DNA of 64,000 nucleotides. Origin: a virus. The stretch is taken from the IMG/VR virus record IMGVR_UViG_2788500025_000001, positions 36,163 through 100,162 of that record, one strand, 5' to 3'. Of the stretch, positions 45,006 through 54,451 are shown piece after piece. Each line of letters opens with the position of its first letter. Position 1 is the stretch's first letter. The notes beneath the pieces were generated by a model. The model did no database searches. It was not told where the DNA came from and saw nothing but the letters and a program-made list of their open reading frames with translations. A program made the position numbers and the translations under genes.

Positions 45006-45626
45006 ATGCGTCCTGATCCCACCCGCGTTGCTGCCCGATACGCTTCGCAGTCGAAGACTGCGGGCATGGTCCGTACTGCGGGCGAGGTTCGCTTCATCAA
45101 GGACCGTAGCGGTGACGCTGGGGAGTGGGCTTTCGGTCCTCCTGGTCCCAACGAGCGGGACATTGAGCAGGACTTCGTGTTCAACGCGAAGTACCTCAAG
45201 CCCCTGGCAGCCACTCTCCGGTCTGCCCTCATGGCTCTCGGTCACACAACCAGCGCCTACAACCGCTTCGTCAAGATCAAGAGCCGCAACGTGTCCCCGG
45301 ACGGGTCACTGGGCGGCAAGGGGTACATTCAGAAGATCCCTGACATGCGGAGGCAACTGATGAACTGTGTGGAAGCCCTCTCTGCCCTGACCGATACGGT
45401 CTACGACGAGATGAAGGCCCCGCACTGGAACCCCACCGAGGACACTCTCGACCCCCGCGACCGTGAAGAGGTCAAGGAGATCATCGAGGACGCGGAGGAG
45501 ATCAAGGACGATCCCGAAGCATGGGCGTCCGGCCAGGAAGAAGAAATGGACGCGGAGAACGAGGAGGCGATGGGCAAGACTGCCCGCCGCGTGATGTTCC
45601 GCTACGCGAACAGGAGGCTCGCATGA
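45006..45626 (+). CDS. Hypothetical virion protein (TRVAARY..SKTA leader)
   Basis: AGGAG RBS; leader motifs. Confidence 0.75.
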   Translation: MRPDPTRVAARYASQSKTAGMVRTAGEVRFIKDRSGDAGEWAFGPPGPNERDIEQDFVFNAKYLKPLAATLRSALMALGHTTSAYNRFVKIKSRNVSPDGSLGGKGYIQKIPDMRRQLMNCVEALSALTDTVYDEMKAPHWNPTEDTLDPRDREEVKEIIEDAEEIKDDPEAWASGQEEEMDAENEEAMGKTARRVMFRYANRRLA

Positions 45627-47797
45627 GCAACGACAAGAACGCTGAACTCGACATCCTCGCAGAAGCCTTCCTACCCTCCGACCTTTTGACCCCTTCGCTG
45701 GGGTCCAACTACGGCATGGATGGTTACCCCGACATGGAGTACAACATGGGTGTGCTCGATGCCGTGGTGAACCCCGAGTACCATGAAGCCCCCGCTCTCC
45801 CCTCAGGCATTCGCATGACTGCCGCTGCGGAGTTGGATGTTCAGGACATCCTGGATGGGCAACCCCTCGCTGACCTGGATTGGCTCGACCCGAGCCAGAT
45901 GCAGGATGAGGACCGTCTTCCTGAAAACCCTGTGGATCTCGGAATCCCAGAACTCATTGAGGCATGGGGTGTGAACCGCCGTACTGACGGCACACACCTC
46001 ACAGCGCACCATCGAGACCTCACCCGTGCTCGCTACGAGCAGTCCCTTGAGGGGCAGGGTGAATCGAAGCGCGTCAACGCTCGCACCATGGAAAAGGTGA
46101 TCACACACGCTATGCGCCGGTCCATTGAGGGACAGCACATTGACCGTGTGGTGCGCGAAGCCGCCGAGAGTCTGGGAACCGAGTTCAAGCGCATCGTCCC
46201 CCACCTCCGTGCCGTCAAGGCGGATCACGGACTCGCAGGGAACGTCTTCATCCGAGCCTCTGCCTACCCCGGATGGGGTGCAGGCAAAGGCAAGGTACAC
46301 GCGAAGAAGCACGCCAAGCAGGCCCGCTACCTCATTGTCTCCGAGCGGGACATGGAGCAGGCTACCTGGATTCAGAACGGTCGCTGCGCCTACACGGGCA
46401 AGGTGGCTGTGACCCAGGTTCCCTGGAAGCAGGCTCTTGCTTTCTATGCGCCTCGGCTGGAAGCCACAGGCCGGAAGGTTGCATCGGGTGATCCGAAAGC
46501 AGCACTCCGGGCAGCCTTCCTGACCAACCAAGTCCAGCGTGTCGCCCACGGTGAGCATCTCCCTGTCTACAAGGCAGCGGGCGATGATCTCACTGCTGCG
46601 GAGGCACGCCTCGCCGTGGACCAGGCCGACACCACCCGCAAGGTGGTCGAGGTCACGGAAGCCCACGTCCGGCAGCGCCTTGCTGCCTGGCGTCAGGCCC
46701 ACATGCTCGACGACATGCAAGTGCGATCCATCATCGACAGCGCGGCCTCACCCAACGACAAGTTGGCCGCAGCGGTCGAGATGGTCACAGCAACCCGACA
46801 CGGCTCCTTCACCGGGGCCGTGAACCGTGGGGAGGATGCGGCGCAGGAGCGCCAAGAACGCACCCTCGCTGCGAAGCGGGAACGTCGCCAGGCCCACAGC
46901 GAGCGGTTGGCTGCTCTTTCCGAGCAGCGCCGTCAGGAAGACATCAAGGCCCGTGTGGCTACGGTGATCAAGCACATCGAGCGTGGTGCTCGTGGTTCAT
47001 ACCTGCGGAAGATCATCGCGAAGACGATCCCACAGGAGTACGCCGCCACCGCCACCTCGATGCTGCTGCCCACCCTCAAGAAGACGGGCGCTCTCCGCGA
47101 CTCCGTGGCAAAGGTCGCCTCCTACGACGGGCCGACCTTTGAGGCCGCCCAGCCAGAACGCGAGTCGGTCACGCTGACTGCCCACGAGAAGTCTCTCGTC
47201 AAGGCGGCGTCGGCTGGGGACACCAGTGTTGGGGTCATCCGAAACACCCTCCAGACCATCCGCAGGGCGATGTCCGAAGGTATGGCTGGCAAGGACTTGT
47301 CCGGGTTCATCAACCTGCGGTTTACCGAGCGGGTCCTGACTGCCTCCTCAGACCTCATCGCTGAGGTCCGGGGCCGCCATGAAGGGGCTTCCGGTCACCT
47401 GTATGTCGATGCCGAAGCATACGCCTCCCCCACGGGATCAGGCGGTTGCGAAAAGGCGGCGTCGAAGCACCGCGCCAATCAGGTCCCCTCGGTGGCTGCG
47501 ATGCCCCGATGTGGCTCCTGCACAAAGGCGCGTGCTCTGGAAGACGGCACCATGAAGTGTGGCGTCTACAACAAGGCACTCCTGGAGGACACCACAGGAG
47601 CCGAGATCGACCAGATCCGGGCAGCCAACATCAAGGGCGCGGACATGAACGATGCTGAGGTCACGGCTTCGATGTTCGCACCGACCTACGACCCCTCAGA
47701 GTTCAACCTTCACAACGCGAACCTGGAAGGCATCAGCACACCCCTCCCTGAGACCGAGAAGTTGTCTGAGATTCTGTTCGGTGGTTGGTCGCTGTAA
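45623..47797 (+). CDS. Large hypothetical virion protein with Cys-rich C-terminal region
   Basis: ATGA overlap; C..CGSC..CGVY; KAA sites. Confidence 0.7.
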   Translation: MSNDKNAELDILAEAFLPSDLLTPSLGSNYGMDGYPDMEYNMGVLDAVVNPEYHEAPALPSGIRMTAAAELDVQDILDGQPLADLDWLDPSQMQDEDRLPENPVDLGIPELIEAWGVNRRTDGTHLTAHHRDLTRARYEQSLEGQGESKRVNARTMEKVITHAMRRSIEGQHIDRVVREAAESLGTEFKRIVPHLRAVKADHGLAGNVFIRASAYPGWGAGKGKVHAKKHAKQARYLIVSERDMEQATWIQNGRCAYTGKVAVTQVPWKQALAFYAPRLEATGRKVASGDPKAALRAAFLTNQVQRVAHGEHLPVYKAAGDDLTAAEARLAVDQADTTRKVVEVTEAHVRQRLAAWRQAHMLDDMQVRSIIDSAASPNDKLAAAVEMVTATRHGSFTGAVNRGEDAAQERQERTLAAKRERRQAHSERLAALSEQRRQEDIKARVATVIKHIERGARGSYLRKIIAKTIPQEYAATATSMLLPTLKKTGALRDSVAKVASYDGPTFEAAQPERESVTLTAHEKSLVKAASAGDTSVGVIRNTLQTIRRAMSEGMAGKDLSGFINLRFTERVLTASSDLIAEVRGRHEGASGHLYVDAEAYASPTGSGGCEKAASKHRANQVPSVAAMPRCGSCTKARALEDGTMKCGVYNKALLEDTTGAEIDQIRAANIKGADMNDAEVTASMFAPTYDPSEFNLHNANLEGISTPLPETEKLSEILFGGWSL

Positions 47798-47807
47798 GGA
47801 GGGTGCT

Positions 47808-49175
47808 ATGGCTCTTTCCAGGGCATCAGTCCATAGGGTAGCCCGCCGCAAGCAGGCTGAGATGGAAACGGAGGGGGCCAAGGCACTGATGAAGTGGTTG
47901 GCTCGCCACGTCCGTGGGGCGAAGCATATCTATGTCGTGGGCGGCGCGGTTCGGAACTACAAGATCGACCAGCCCGTCAAGGACATCGACATGGTGGTGG
48001 ACTCGCTCAATCTGGGCAAGGACGCCGCCTGGGTAGCGGAACACATCGCTCACAAGATCCCTGCTCAGACGAGGATCGAAGGGCCTGACAACCTCCGGGT
48101 CACCAAAGTCCACATCAAGAGCCCCTGGAGCATCGACGGCTACGAGATGGAGGGTGAAACCCTCGACATCGTTGACGCTCGCACAGAGGAGTACGCCAGG
48201 GACCCGGAGACAGGGGACTACGTCGGCCACAAGCCGATCCGGGTGGACCCCACCACAATGGAAGACGACGTGACTCGACGGGAGTTCACGTTCAACACTC
48301 TGATGTGGCGACTCAGCGAACTCGCCAACGGCCCGGACAAGGCCGAGATCATCGACATCACCGGCTGCGGGGTCAAGGATCTGGAGAACCGTGAGATGCG
48401 GTGCCCAGGGGATCCCGACGAGGTGTTCGCGATTGACCCCACCCGCATCATCCGCATCATCAAGTTTGCCTTCAAGTACGGCTTCAAGTTGCCCCCCGAC
48501 GTGAAGGCGGCAGCGAAGCGCCAGGTGAAGGGGCTCAAGCGCATCCCGACGAAGGCGTTTGAGGCGATCAGGAAGATCGCGTTGGACAACCCGGACTACA
48601 AGAAGGCCATCGGTGTCATGGAAGACCTCGGCGTGATCGACGTCATGGCCGAGATGATGGAGTCCGATAAGCAGTTTCGGTCGTCCATGACCAACTACGC
48701 CGAGAAGCGGGGCATCGCCTACCTGTTTTACATGATGGACAAGGGCCTGCCGGTCGGGGCCTCGTTGAAGTTCCTGGACCGAGCGCAGCAGCAACGGTTT
48801 CGGGAGATCACCGCTCCCATGGACCGTGACGAGGCGTTGGACTTCCGTGCGGCTGTGAGCAATCCCGGCAACGTCTACGACAAGAAGTTCATCCCCACCC
48901 TCGCCGCGACCCTCGGTTTCAGCAAGAAGCAGATGCGGGACCTCATGCAGGTGGTCCTTCCGATTGGCCGAGAGGCCCTGTTGCGTGACCCCAGCCTCAA
49001 GGACAAGCCATCGGCGTTGATGCGCCAGGTCGAGCAGGCCGCAAAGCGAGCCATCCCTACTCGGGTAGCCATGCGCTGGGCTGCGACCGGTAAGGAATCC
49101 AGGCTCCAACGCATCCAGATGAAGCGGGAAGCCTCGGCACGTCTCCGTGCTGCGTGGCGGGGCGAAGATGGCTGA
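47808..49175 (+). CDS. Class II tRNA nucleotidyltransferase / poly(A) polymerase family enzyme
   Basis: YVVGGAVRN..KDIDMV, DARTE, RREFTFNTL, DPTRIIRIIKF. Confidence 0.88.
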   Translation: MALSRASVHRVARRKQAEMETEGAKALMKWLARHVRGAKHIYVVGGAVRNYKIDQPVKDIDMVVDSLNLGKDAAWVAEHIAHKIPAQTRIEGPDNLRVTKVHIKSPWSIDGYEMEGETLDIVDARTEEYARDPETGDYVGHKPIRVDPTTMEDDVTRREFTFNTLMWRLSELANGPDKAEIIDITGCGVKDLENREMRCPGDPDEVFAIDPTRIIRIIKFAFKYGFKLPPDVKAAAKRQVKGLKRIPTKAFEAIRKIALDNPDYKKAIGVMEDLGVIDVMAEMMESDKQFRSSMTNYAEKRGIAYLFYMMDKGLPVGASLKFLDRAQQQRFREITAPMDRDEALDFRAAVSNPGNVYDKKFIPTLAATLGFSKKQMRDLMQVVLPIGREALLRDPSLKDKPSALMRQVEQAAKRAIPTRVAMRWAATGKESRLQRIQMKREASARLRAAWRGEDG

Positions 49176-52100
49176 CCCGAAGCGCATCGCAGCCCTCCAC
49201 AAGCAGGGGGGCATCTACAAGCCTATGTCGGAGATCACTCCCGGCACTCAGGACTTGCTCGACTCGCCGACCCCAGCGTGGCTGGATCGCGACTACCCCT
49301 ACGTCGCACCCCCAGGAGAAGACCACACACTCCAGGAACTCGACTACCTGGTCTCGCTGATCCCCCTACGGGAGAAATGGGCCTCGTTCATCAAGGCAGC
49401 CGACGAGGACATGACCCCTCTGTTCGTCACGCTGTGTTCCGAGTTGGGCGCACCGTGCGATGTGGACGCCCTCAATGAGATGGCCTCCGAAGCGTCCATC
49501 CTGATCACGAAGTTGAAGTGGCTCTACAACAGGCCGCGCCCCTACCAGGTCGCCGCCAAGCATCTACGCCTGTCGGGTCAAGGAGGAGTCTTCAAGAAGG
49601 GGGACTTCTCGGTCATGGGCACCACGAGTGCCCACTCCCCGGCGTACCCGAGCGGCCACACCATTCAGGCTCACCTGATGGCCTCACGGTTGAGCGAGAC
49701 CTCTCCACAGCACCGTAGGGCGTTCATGGATCTCGCCGAGAAGGTGTCCTTCTCCCGAGCCGTTGCGGGCTACCACTGGCCGAGTGATCTCGCGTTCGGA
49801 CAGGACATCTTCCGCCACATCGTCATGCCCCTGATGCCCTCGGCTGTCCGTGTTGCCAAGACCTTCACGGTGAACAAAGGCGACCTGGTTTGGTATGGCA
49901 AGTACAAGAACCAGCGCGGCAAGGTCAAGAACTTCGGCATGAGCGACAAGGGTGATCCCACGGTCACCGTCGAGCAACTACCGAGCCCGTCCGCCCGGAA
50001 GCCGAAGAAGAAGTCTCCGAAGACCATGAACCTGTTCAAGATCCGCCCTCGCAAGAAGGACGAGCACGACGAGGCTGCGGACAAGACTGCTGGTGGATCA
50101 CGGACGCTCTACCACGTCGGCAAGCGCCCAGCGCAGCCTCAACCAAAGCGTGCCGAGTGGCGTCAGCGGGGACAACCGGAGCCTGACTGGGTGCGCCCAT
50201 GGCTCGATGCACCTGTGTCGAAGGGTGTCTTCCTGACCCCCAACCCGTTCCTGGTTGCTCCAAAGCACGGTGTGTTCGGTCACGTCTATGCCTACCAGGT
50301 GCCCAACTGGGTCATCAAGCAGGCCAAGGGCATCAACCGCAAGGATGGGGTCAGCGAGGTCTTGATCCCCGAGCCGTTGTGGGAGCATGTGAAGTTCAAG
50401 GGCAAGTCCATGGACCGAGAGGACTTCCTGAACCAGGTTTACAGGAGCGAGGACGCCGCCTTCACCGGATCACGGGCGAACAAGTACCGCACCAAGTCGG
50501 ACTGGGAGGCGCTTCGCAGCACCAGGCTGGCCGCATCGAAGGCTCTCTCCAAGAAGAAGGTCCCGAAGGCAGACGGGTCGGGCACCACGACCGTCTACGA
50601 GTACGGCCCGCGCCAGGTGGCTCAGAGAAATAAGGAGAAGGCTGTTCGCATCGAAACCCTCCGCAAGAAGATGGGGGACCTGCGCAAGAAGGCACAGAGT
50701 GACCTCACTGCAAGTGATCCTGAGACCAGGCTTGCGGCCCTGGCTGTGTGCTTGATGGACGAGACTTATGCACGGGTAGGAAACGAGAAGTCCGCCGAGG
50801 AGGGCCATCATGGGGTCACCAACTGGTTGGCCGACCATGTGACCCTGGGGGACAAGGCAGCGACCATCCGCTACACCGGCAAGTCCGGGGTCAAGCAGGA
50901 GAAGAAGATCACCAACTCCCGTGTCCTTGCGGCGCTCCGAAAGGCCCTGGAAGGCAAGGGCAAGGGCGACAAGGTGCTTTGTGACGGGGACGAGTGCTCG
51001 GTCCTGGCGAAGGACGTGAACGCCTACCTCAAGCCTTTCAGCATCACCGCGAAGGACATCAGAGGTCTACATGCCAACGAGGAAATGAAACGTCACCTCA
51101 GGGACCAACGCAAGGCTGGCCCGGACCTCCCTCGCTCCAGGAAGGAGAAGGACAAGATATTGAAGGCTGAGTTCAAGGCCGCGCTGGAACTCGCTTCCGA
51201 TGCCGTGGGGCACAAGGACTCCACGCTACGCAGTCAATACCTGGTCCCCAGCATGGAAGAAGCCTACGTCCACGACGGCACCGTGTTGGACCGCCTCGAC
51301 AAGAAGGCCACCCTTTCCGACTCCGAGAAGGAGGAGCGAGAGGCCGAGCGCCTGGTCCGCCAGTCTCCGAAGTTGAAGCCGCCCCGCCGCGACAAGGAGC
51401 GAGGCAGGATCAAAGACACTGATCCCGACACCGACCCAGACGAGAAGCAGGATCGGAAGGACCGGTCGAACAACTACAAGGATGCCGCAGTGGCGAAGGC
51501 CATGCGGAAGTACCTGGCCCTGACCGCAGGTACAGCGAGGTCGAAACGCCGCCGGAAGAGGCAACCATCATCCCGTGAAGTCGCTCGCCGGAAGCAGCAG
51601 TCCGACACTGCGAAAGGGTCGAAGCCTAAGGCCCCACCGAAACTCAAGGAGGCCCCCGCACCGGGCAGCGGGCGTAAGAAGCCGAATGTTGGGGATACCT
51701 GGAAACCCGAGGGTAGTGACAAGTGGTCCGCAAAGAGCAAGGATGGCACTGAGTCAGGCTTTGCTTCCCAGGAGGCCGCGAAGGCGTGGTTGACTGGAGG
51801 GCCTGGGCCTGGTGCGTCCGGTGACACTGCTACTGATTCCTCCCCCGCTGCCGACACGGCCCCGAAGCCTCCTGACAAGAAGCCTTCCGCAAAAGGGCGG
51901 CTGACTCGTAAGCAGAAGCGCGAGATGGTGGACGCCCTCGTTGCAGATCTGGCGAAGGGTGCAGCAGCCGTCCTGAGCAACCTCCCGGAAGACCTCCTCA
52001 AGGAAGTCGGGGACGCCCTCGGTGAACCCGCACGGGCCGTCGTGGACGCCCTGTTGGGTATTGGTACGGAGGCTCTTCAGGAACGGGCGACCTTCGCCAG

Positions 52101-53325
52101 AGCCACGTTGAAGCGTGTACCCACCAGCAAACGCCCGACCGCCGAGCAGGTTGCCGCTGCTGAGACCCTTGTGGAGGAGGATGAGGACGGCCTGGAGTCC
52201 CTACAAGATCAGTTGGATGATCTGGAGGGATCTGCTCCTGACAGTTCCAGTGAGGATTCCAAGGCACACAAGGCCAAGGTCACGGCCCTCAAGGCGAAGA
52301 TCAAGAAGATCGTAGCCGCCGAAAAGACCATCCAGGCCGCTGAGGAGTGGGCCAACGCACCCTCTCCCGCAGAAATCGCAGAGTCTCTCGTGGCTCTCAG
52401 GTCAGTCGAGGTCCGCAACGACCCTCTCTTGCTGGACCTTTCTAACCCCATCACCAATCTCTCCACGGACCCCCTGAACCTGGAGGGTGGTCCTCAAAAG
52501 CAGTTCATGGGCGAGATGGGCGACCTCACGGTGTCAACCGCCTCCGAGTACCGGGCGTTGTCCAAGAAGGACCGTGACTCACACAGGCAAGGGTTGGCCG
52601 ACCACATGCAGGCGTTGGAGGACAAGGGTCAGACTGACACGAAGCAGTACCATCACACCCTCGCTCAGATGCGGGGCCTCCAGATGGCATCCGCACTGGA
52701 AGATGGTGACGATGCCACTGGAGTCTCAGCGGAGTTTCAGACCTTCCTCAAGGCCGCCCAGTCTCAAGGCGCAGAGGTGCTGGACAAGTTCATCAAACTC
52801 AATGTCACCGGAGCCGCCGAAGGGGACGTAGATGCCCAACAGCAGTTTCGGGATGTCCTTCGCGGAGTACCTCCTGCGGAACTCAGGACGATGGTCCCCC
52901 AAGACAACCCGGCAGCCGAAACCCTCGACATGATCACGGGGGCGCACCTCACAGGCAAGAGGAAGGAACTGTGGTTGGGCAGCATGGACGATGAGACCCG
53001 ACAGTTGCTCCAGGAGCACGCCGAGGACATGATCATGGATGAGATCATGTTCACGGACATGGATCTCGTCCGGGCCGGGAAGTCGGTGGGCCAGCAGAAG
53101 AAGAAAAGCGGCAAGCAGAAGAAGCAGACCGCCGAGCGGGCAACGCGGAGAGGCAGGAGGCACAAGTCCGTCCTCGATGAACTACGCAAGAAGTGGGCGA
53201 AGATGCGTAACCAAACCCTCCACTCTCTTTCTTCGGCCCTCTTCGGCACACCCCCATCCACAGCAAAGACCTCTGACCTCAACGCCCTCCAGGCGTATGA
53301 CTTTCACCCCTGGGGGACCCTTTGA
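49168..53325 (+). CDS. Polyprotein: PAP2 phosphatase + SH3/KOW-like + ART-like + topoisomerase IB + unknown C-terminal domain
   Basis: KWLYNRPRP/PSGH/SRAVAGYHWPSD; LYH..GVFLT..EVLIP; RVGNE, GKSGV, KDIR, GH, SQYL. Confidence 0.88.
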   Translation: MADPKRIAALHKQGGIYKPMSEITPGTQDLLDSPTPAWLDRDYPYVAPPGEDHTLQELDYLVSLIPLREKWASFIKAADEDMTPLFVTLCSELGAPCDVDALNEMASEASILITKLKWLYNRPRPYQVAAKHLRLSGQGGVFKKGDFSVMGTTSAHSPAYPSGHTIQAHLMASRLSETSPQHRRAFMDLAEKVSFSRAVAGYHWPSDLAFGQDIFRHIVMPLMPSAVRVAKTFTVNKGDLVWYGKYKNQRGKVKNFGMSDKGDPTVTVEQLPSPSARKPKKKSPKTMNLFKIRPRKKDEHDEAADKTAGGSRTLYHVGKRPAQPQPKRAEWRQRGQPEPDWVRPWLDAPVSKGVFLTPNPFLVAPKHGVFGHVYAYQVPNWVIKQAKGINRKDGVSEVLIPEPLWEHVKFKGKSMDREDFLNQVYRSEDAAFTGSRANKYRTKSDWEALRSTRLAASKALSKKKVPKADGSGTTTVYEYGPRQVAQRNKEKAVRIETLRKKMGDLRKKAQSDLTASDPETRLAALAVCLMDETYARVGNEKSAEEGHHGVTNWLADHVTLGDKAATIRYTGKSGVKQEKKITNSRVLAALRKALEGKGKGDKVLCDGDECSVLAKDVNAYLKPFSITAKDIRGLHANEEMKRHLRDQRKAGPDLPRSRKEKDKILKAEFKAALELASDAVGHKDSTLRSQYLVPSMEEAYVHDGTVLDRLDKKATLSDSEKEEREAERLVRQSPKLKPPRRDKERGRIKDTDPDTDPDEKQDRKDRSNNYKDAAVAKAMRKYLALTAGTARSKRRRKRQPSSREVARRKQQSDTAKGSKPKAPPKLKEAPAPGSGRKKPNVGDTWKPEGSDKWSAKSKDGTESGFASQEAAKAWLTGGPGPGASGDTATDSSPAADTAPKPPDKKPSAKGRLTRKQKREMVDALVADLAKGAAAVLSNLPEDLLKEVGDALGEPARAVVDALLGIGTEALQERATFARATLKRVPTSKRPTAEQVAAAETLVEEDEDGLESLQDQLDDLEGSAPDSSSEDSKAHKAKVTALKAKIKKIVAAEKTIQAAEEWANAPSPAEIAESLVALRSVEVRNDPLLLDLSNPITNLSTDPLNLEGGPQKQFMGEMGDLTVSTASEYRALSKKDRDSHRQGLADHMQALEDKGQTDTKQYHHTLAQMRGLQMASALEDGDDATGVSAEFQTFLKAAQSQGAEVLDKFIKLNVTGAAEGDVDAQQQFRDVLRGVPPAELRTMVPQDNPAAETLDMITGAHLTGKRKELWLGSMDDETRQLLQEHAEDMIMDEIMFTDMDLVRAGKSVGQQKKKSGKQKKQTAERATRRGRRHKSVLDELRKKWAKMRNQTLHSLSSALFGTPPSTAKTSDLNALQAYDFHPWGTL

Positions 53326-53348
53326 CCCCTCAGAGTAGAAATCCTCCC

Positions 53349-53363
53349 CGGTAGGGTTTCTAT
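53349..53363 (+). promoter_or_regulatory. Late motif CGGTAG-N5-CTAT
   Basis: Exact match; heads the capsid assembly cluster. Confidence 0.85.
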
Positions 53364-53432
53364 AGTGCTGCCCTATGGGTAGGACTTGTTGTGCAAGCCC
53401 TTACCGGGAATCCACCTCTTTCGGAGAACACC

Positions 53433-53867
53433 ATGGCCAAACTGACCCGACAGGGAGCACGCAATCTGACTGCTACCCTCGACCGCATCGCTTCCGCAGT
53501 ACAGGAAAACCCTGCACTGCTCGGCATTGACATCAAAATCGCAAAGGACTTCGCGTACCGTTGTGATCTCATCTCGGACGCTGTTGAGCGTACCGCTGTC
53601 ACCAACTTTCCGAAGCAGGCTGACATCAACAGTGCTGTTCCCAGTGCAGGCGGCGAGTACGACACCGCGAAGCCTGGCATCGAGAAGGAAATCGGCGCTG
53701 AGGTCAAGGGTCCCATCTATGAGGAAGACCCCTCGGACGATCAGGACATCAAAGGCCACTTCACCCAGGCTGACTTTCACCAGTTGACCGAACTGGCCGA
53801 GAAGTTGAAGACCGCCGCCCGCAACGGCACGGTCGTCAGCGACCACGGATTCAACCTCACCAAGTAG
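53433..53867 (+). CDS. Hypothetical head protein
   Basis: GGAG RBS; KQA and KTA sites. Confidence 0.7.
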   Translation: MAKLTRQGARNLTATLDRIASAVQENPALLGIDIKIAKDFAYRCDLISDAVERTAVTNFPKQADINSAVPSAGGEYDTAKPGIEKEIGAEVKGPIYEEDPSDDQDIKGHFTQADFHQLTELAEKLKTAARNGTVVSDHGFNLTK

Positions 53868-53875
53868 GAGGCACC

Positions 53876-54451
53876 GTGCGTCGGTTTGCCGAAAACTACG
53901 TCAACTACCAAGAGCGGGCCACCGAGTTTTCTGTCGGAGACGTCGTGGTGCCGTTTGGCCTGTGGGATTCCCAGAGCGGTCGTGTCACGGCTGTGTGGCC
54001 TGCTATTGGTATGGTGGATGTAGAGTTCCCATCCGGCAACGCACGCTTCCCCGTCGAGGAACTTCAGCGCATGGGCGCTGATGGGCAGGCCGAACCGCCC
54101 AGAACGGACTCCGCTCCGGGCGGGGGTGGGTCTGTTTCTGTGCCGGGTGGTCCGTACCCAGACAAGAAGAAGGCAGCCAATCGTGTGGCGCGGGCGTTCG
54201 TCAAGCAGTCCCTTTACTGGGCGCAGAAGGACCGCCAGTACCGCATGACAGGACCAGAGAGCGTGGAGGGGAAACCCAACTGCCCAAAGTGTCCTGAGAT
54301 CCCTCTCCAGAAGGCGATCTACAAACGCCGCGACGGATCCAGCGAACGGCTCCAGGGCTGCCCTGGTTGCATGTTCCTCATCAAGGACGCGGACATTGTG
54401 AACTTCGGCCCTGTTAGTGCCGAGGAGATTGAGATCGAGGGGCAGGGCTGA
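53876..54451 (+). CDS. SH3-like plus Zn-ribbon head-associated protein
   Basis: VGDVV..GRVTAV..VDVEF; KKAANRVARAF; CPKC..CPGC. Confidence 0.7.
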   Translation: MRRFAENYVNYQERATEFSVGDVVVPFGLWDSQSGRVTAVWPAIGMVDVEFPSGNARFPVEELQRMGADGQAEPPRTDSAPGGGGSVSVPGGPYPDKKKAANRVARAFVKQSLYWAQKDRQYRMTGPESVEGKPNCPKCPEIPLQKAIYKRRDGSSERLQGCPGCMFLIKDADIVNFGPVSAEEIEIEGQG

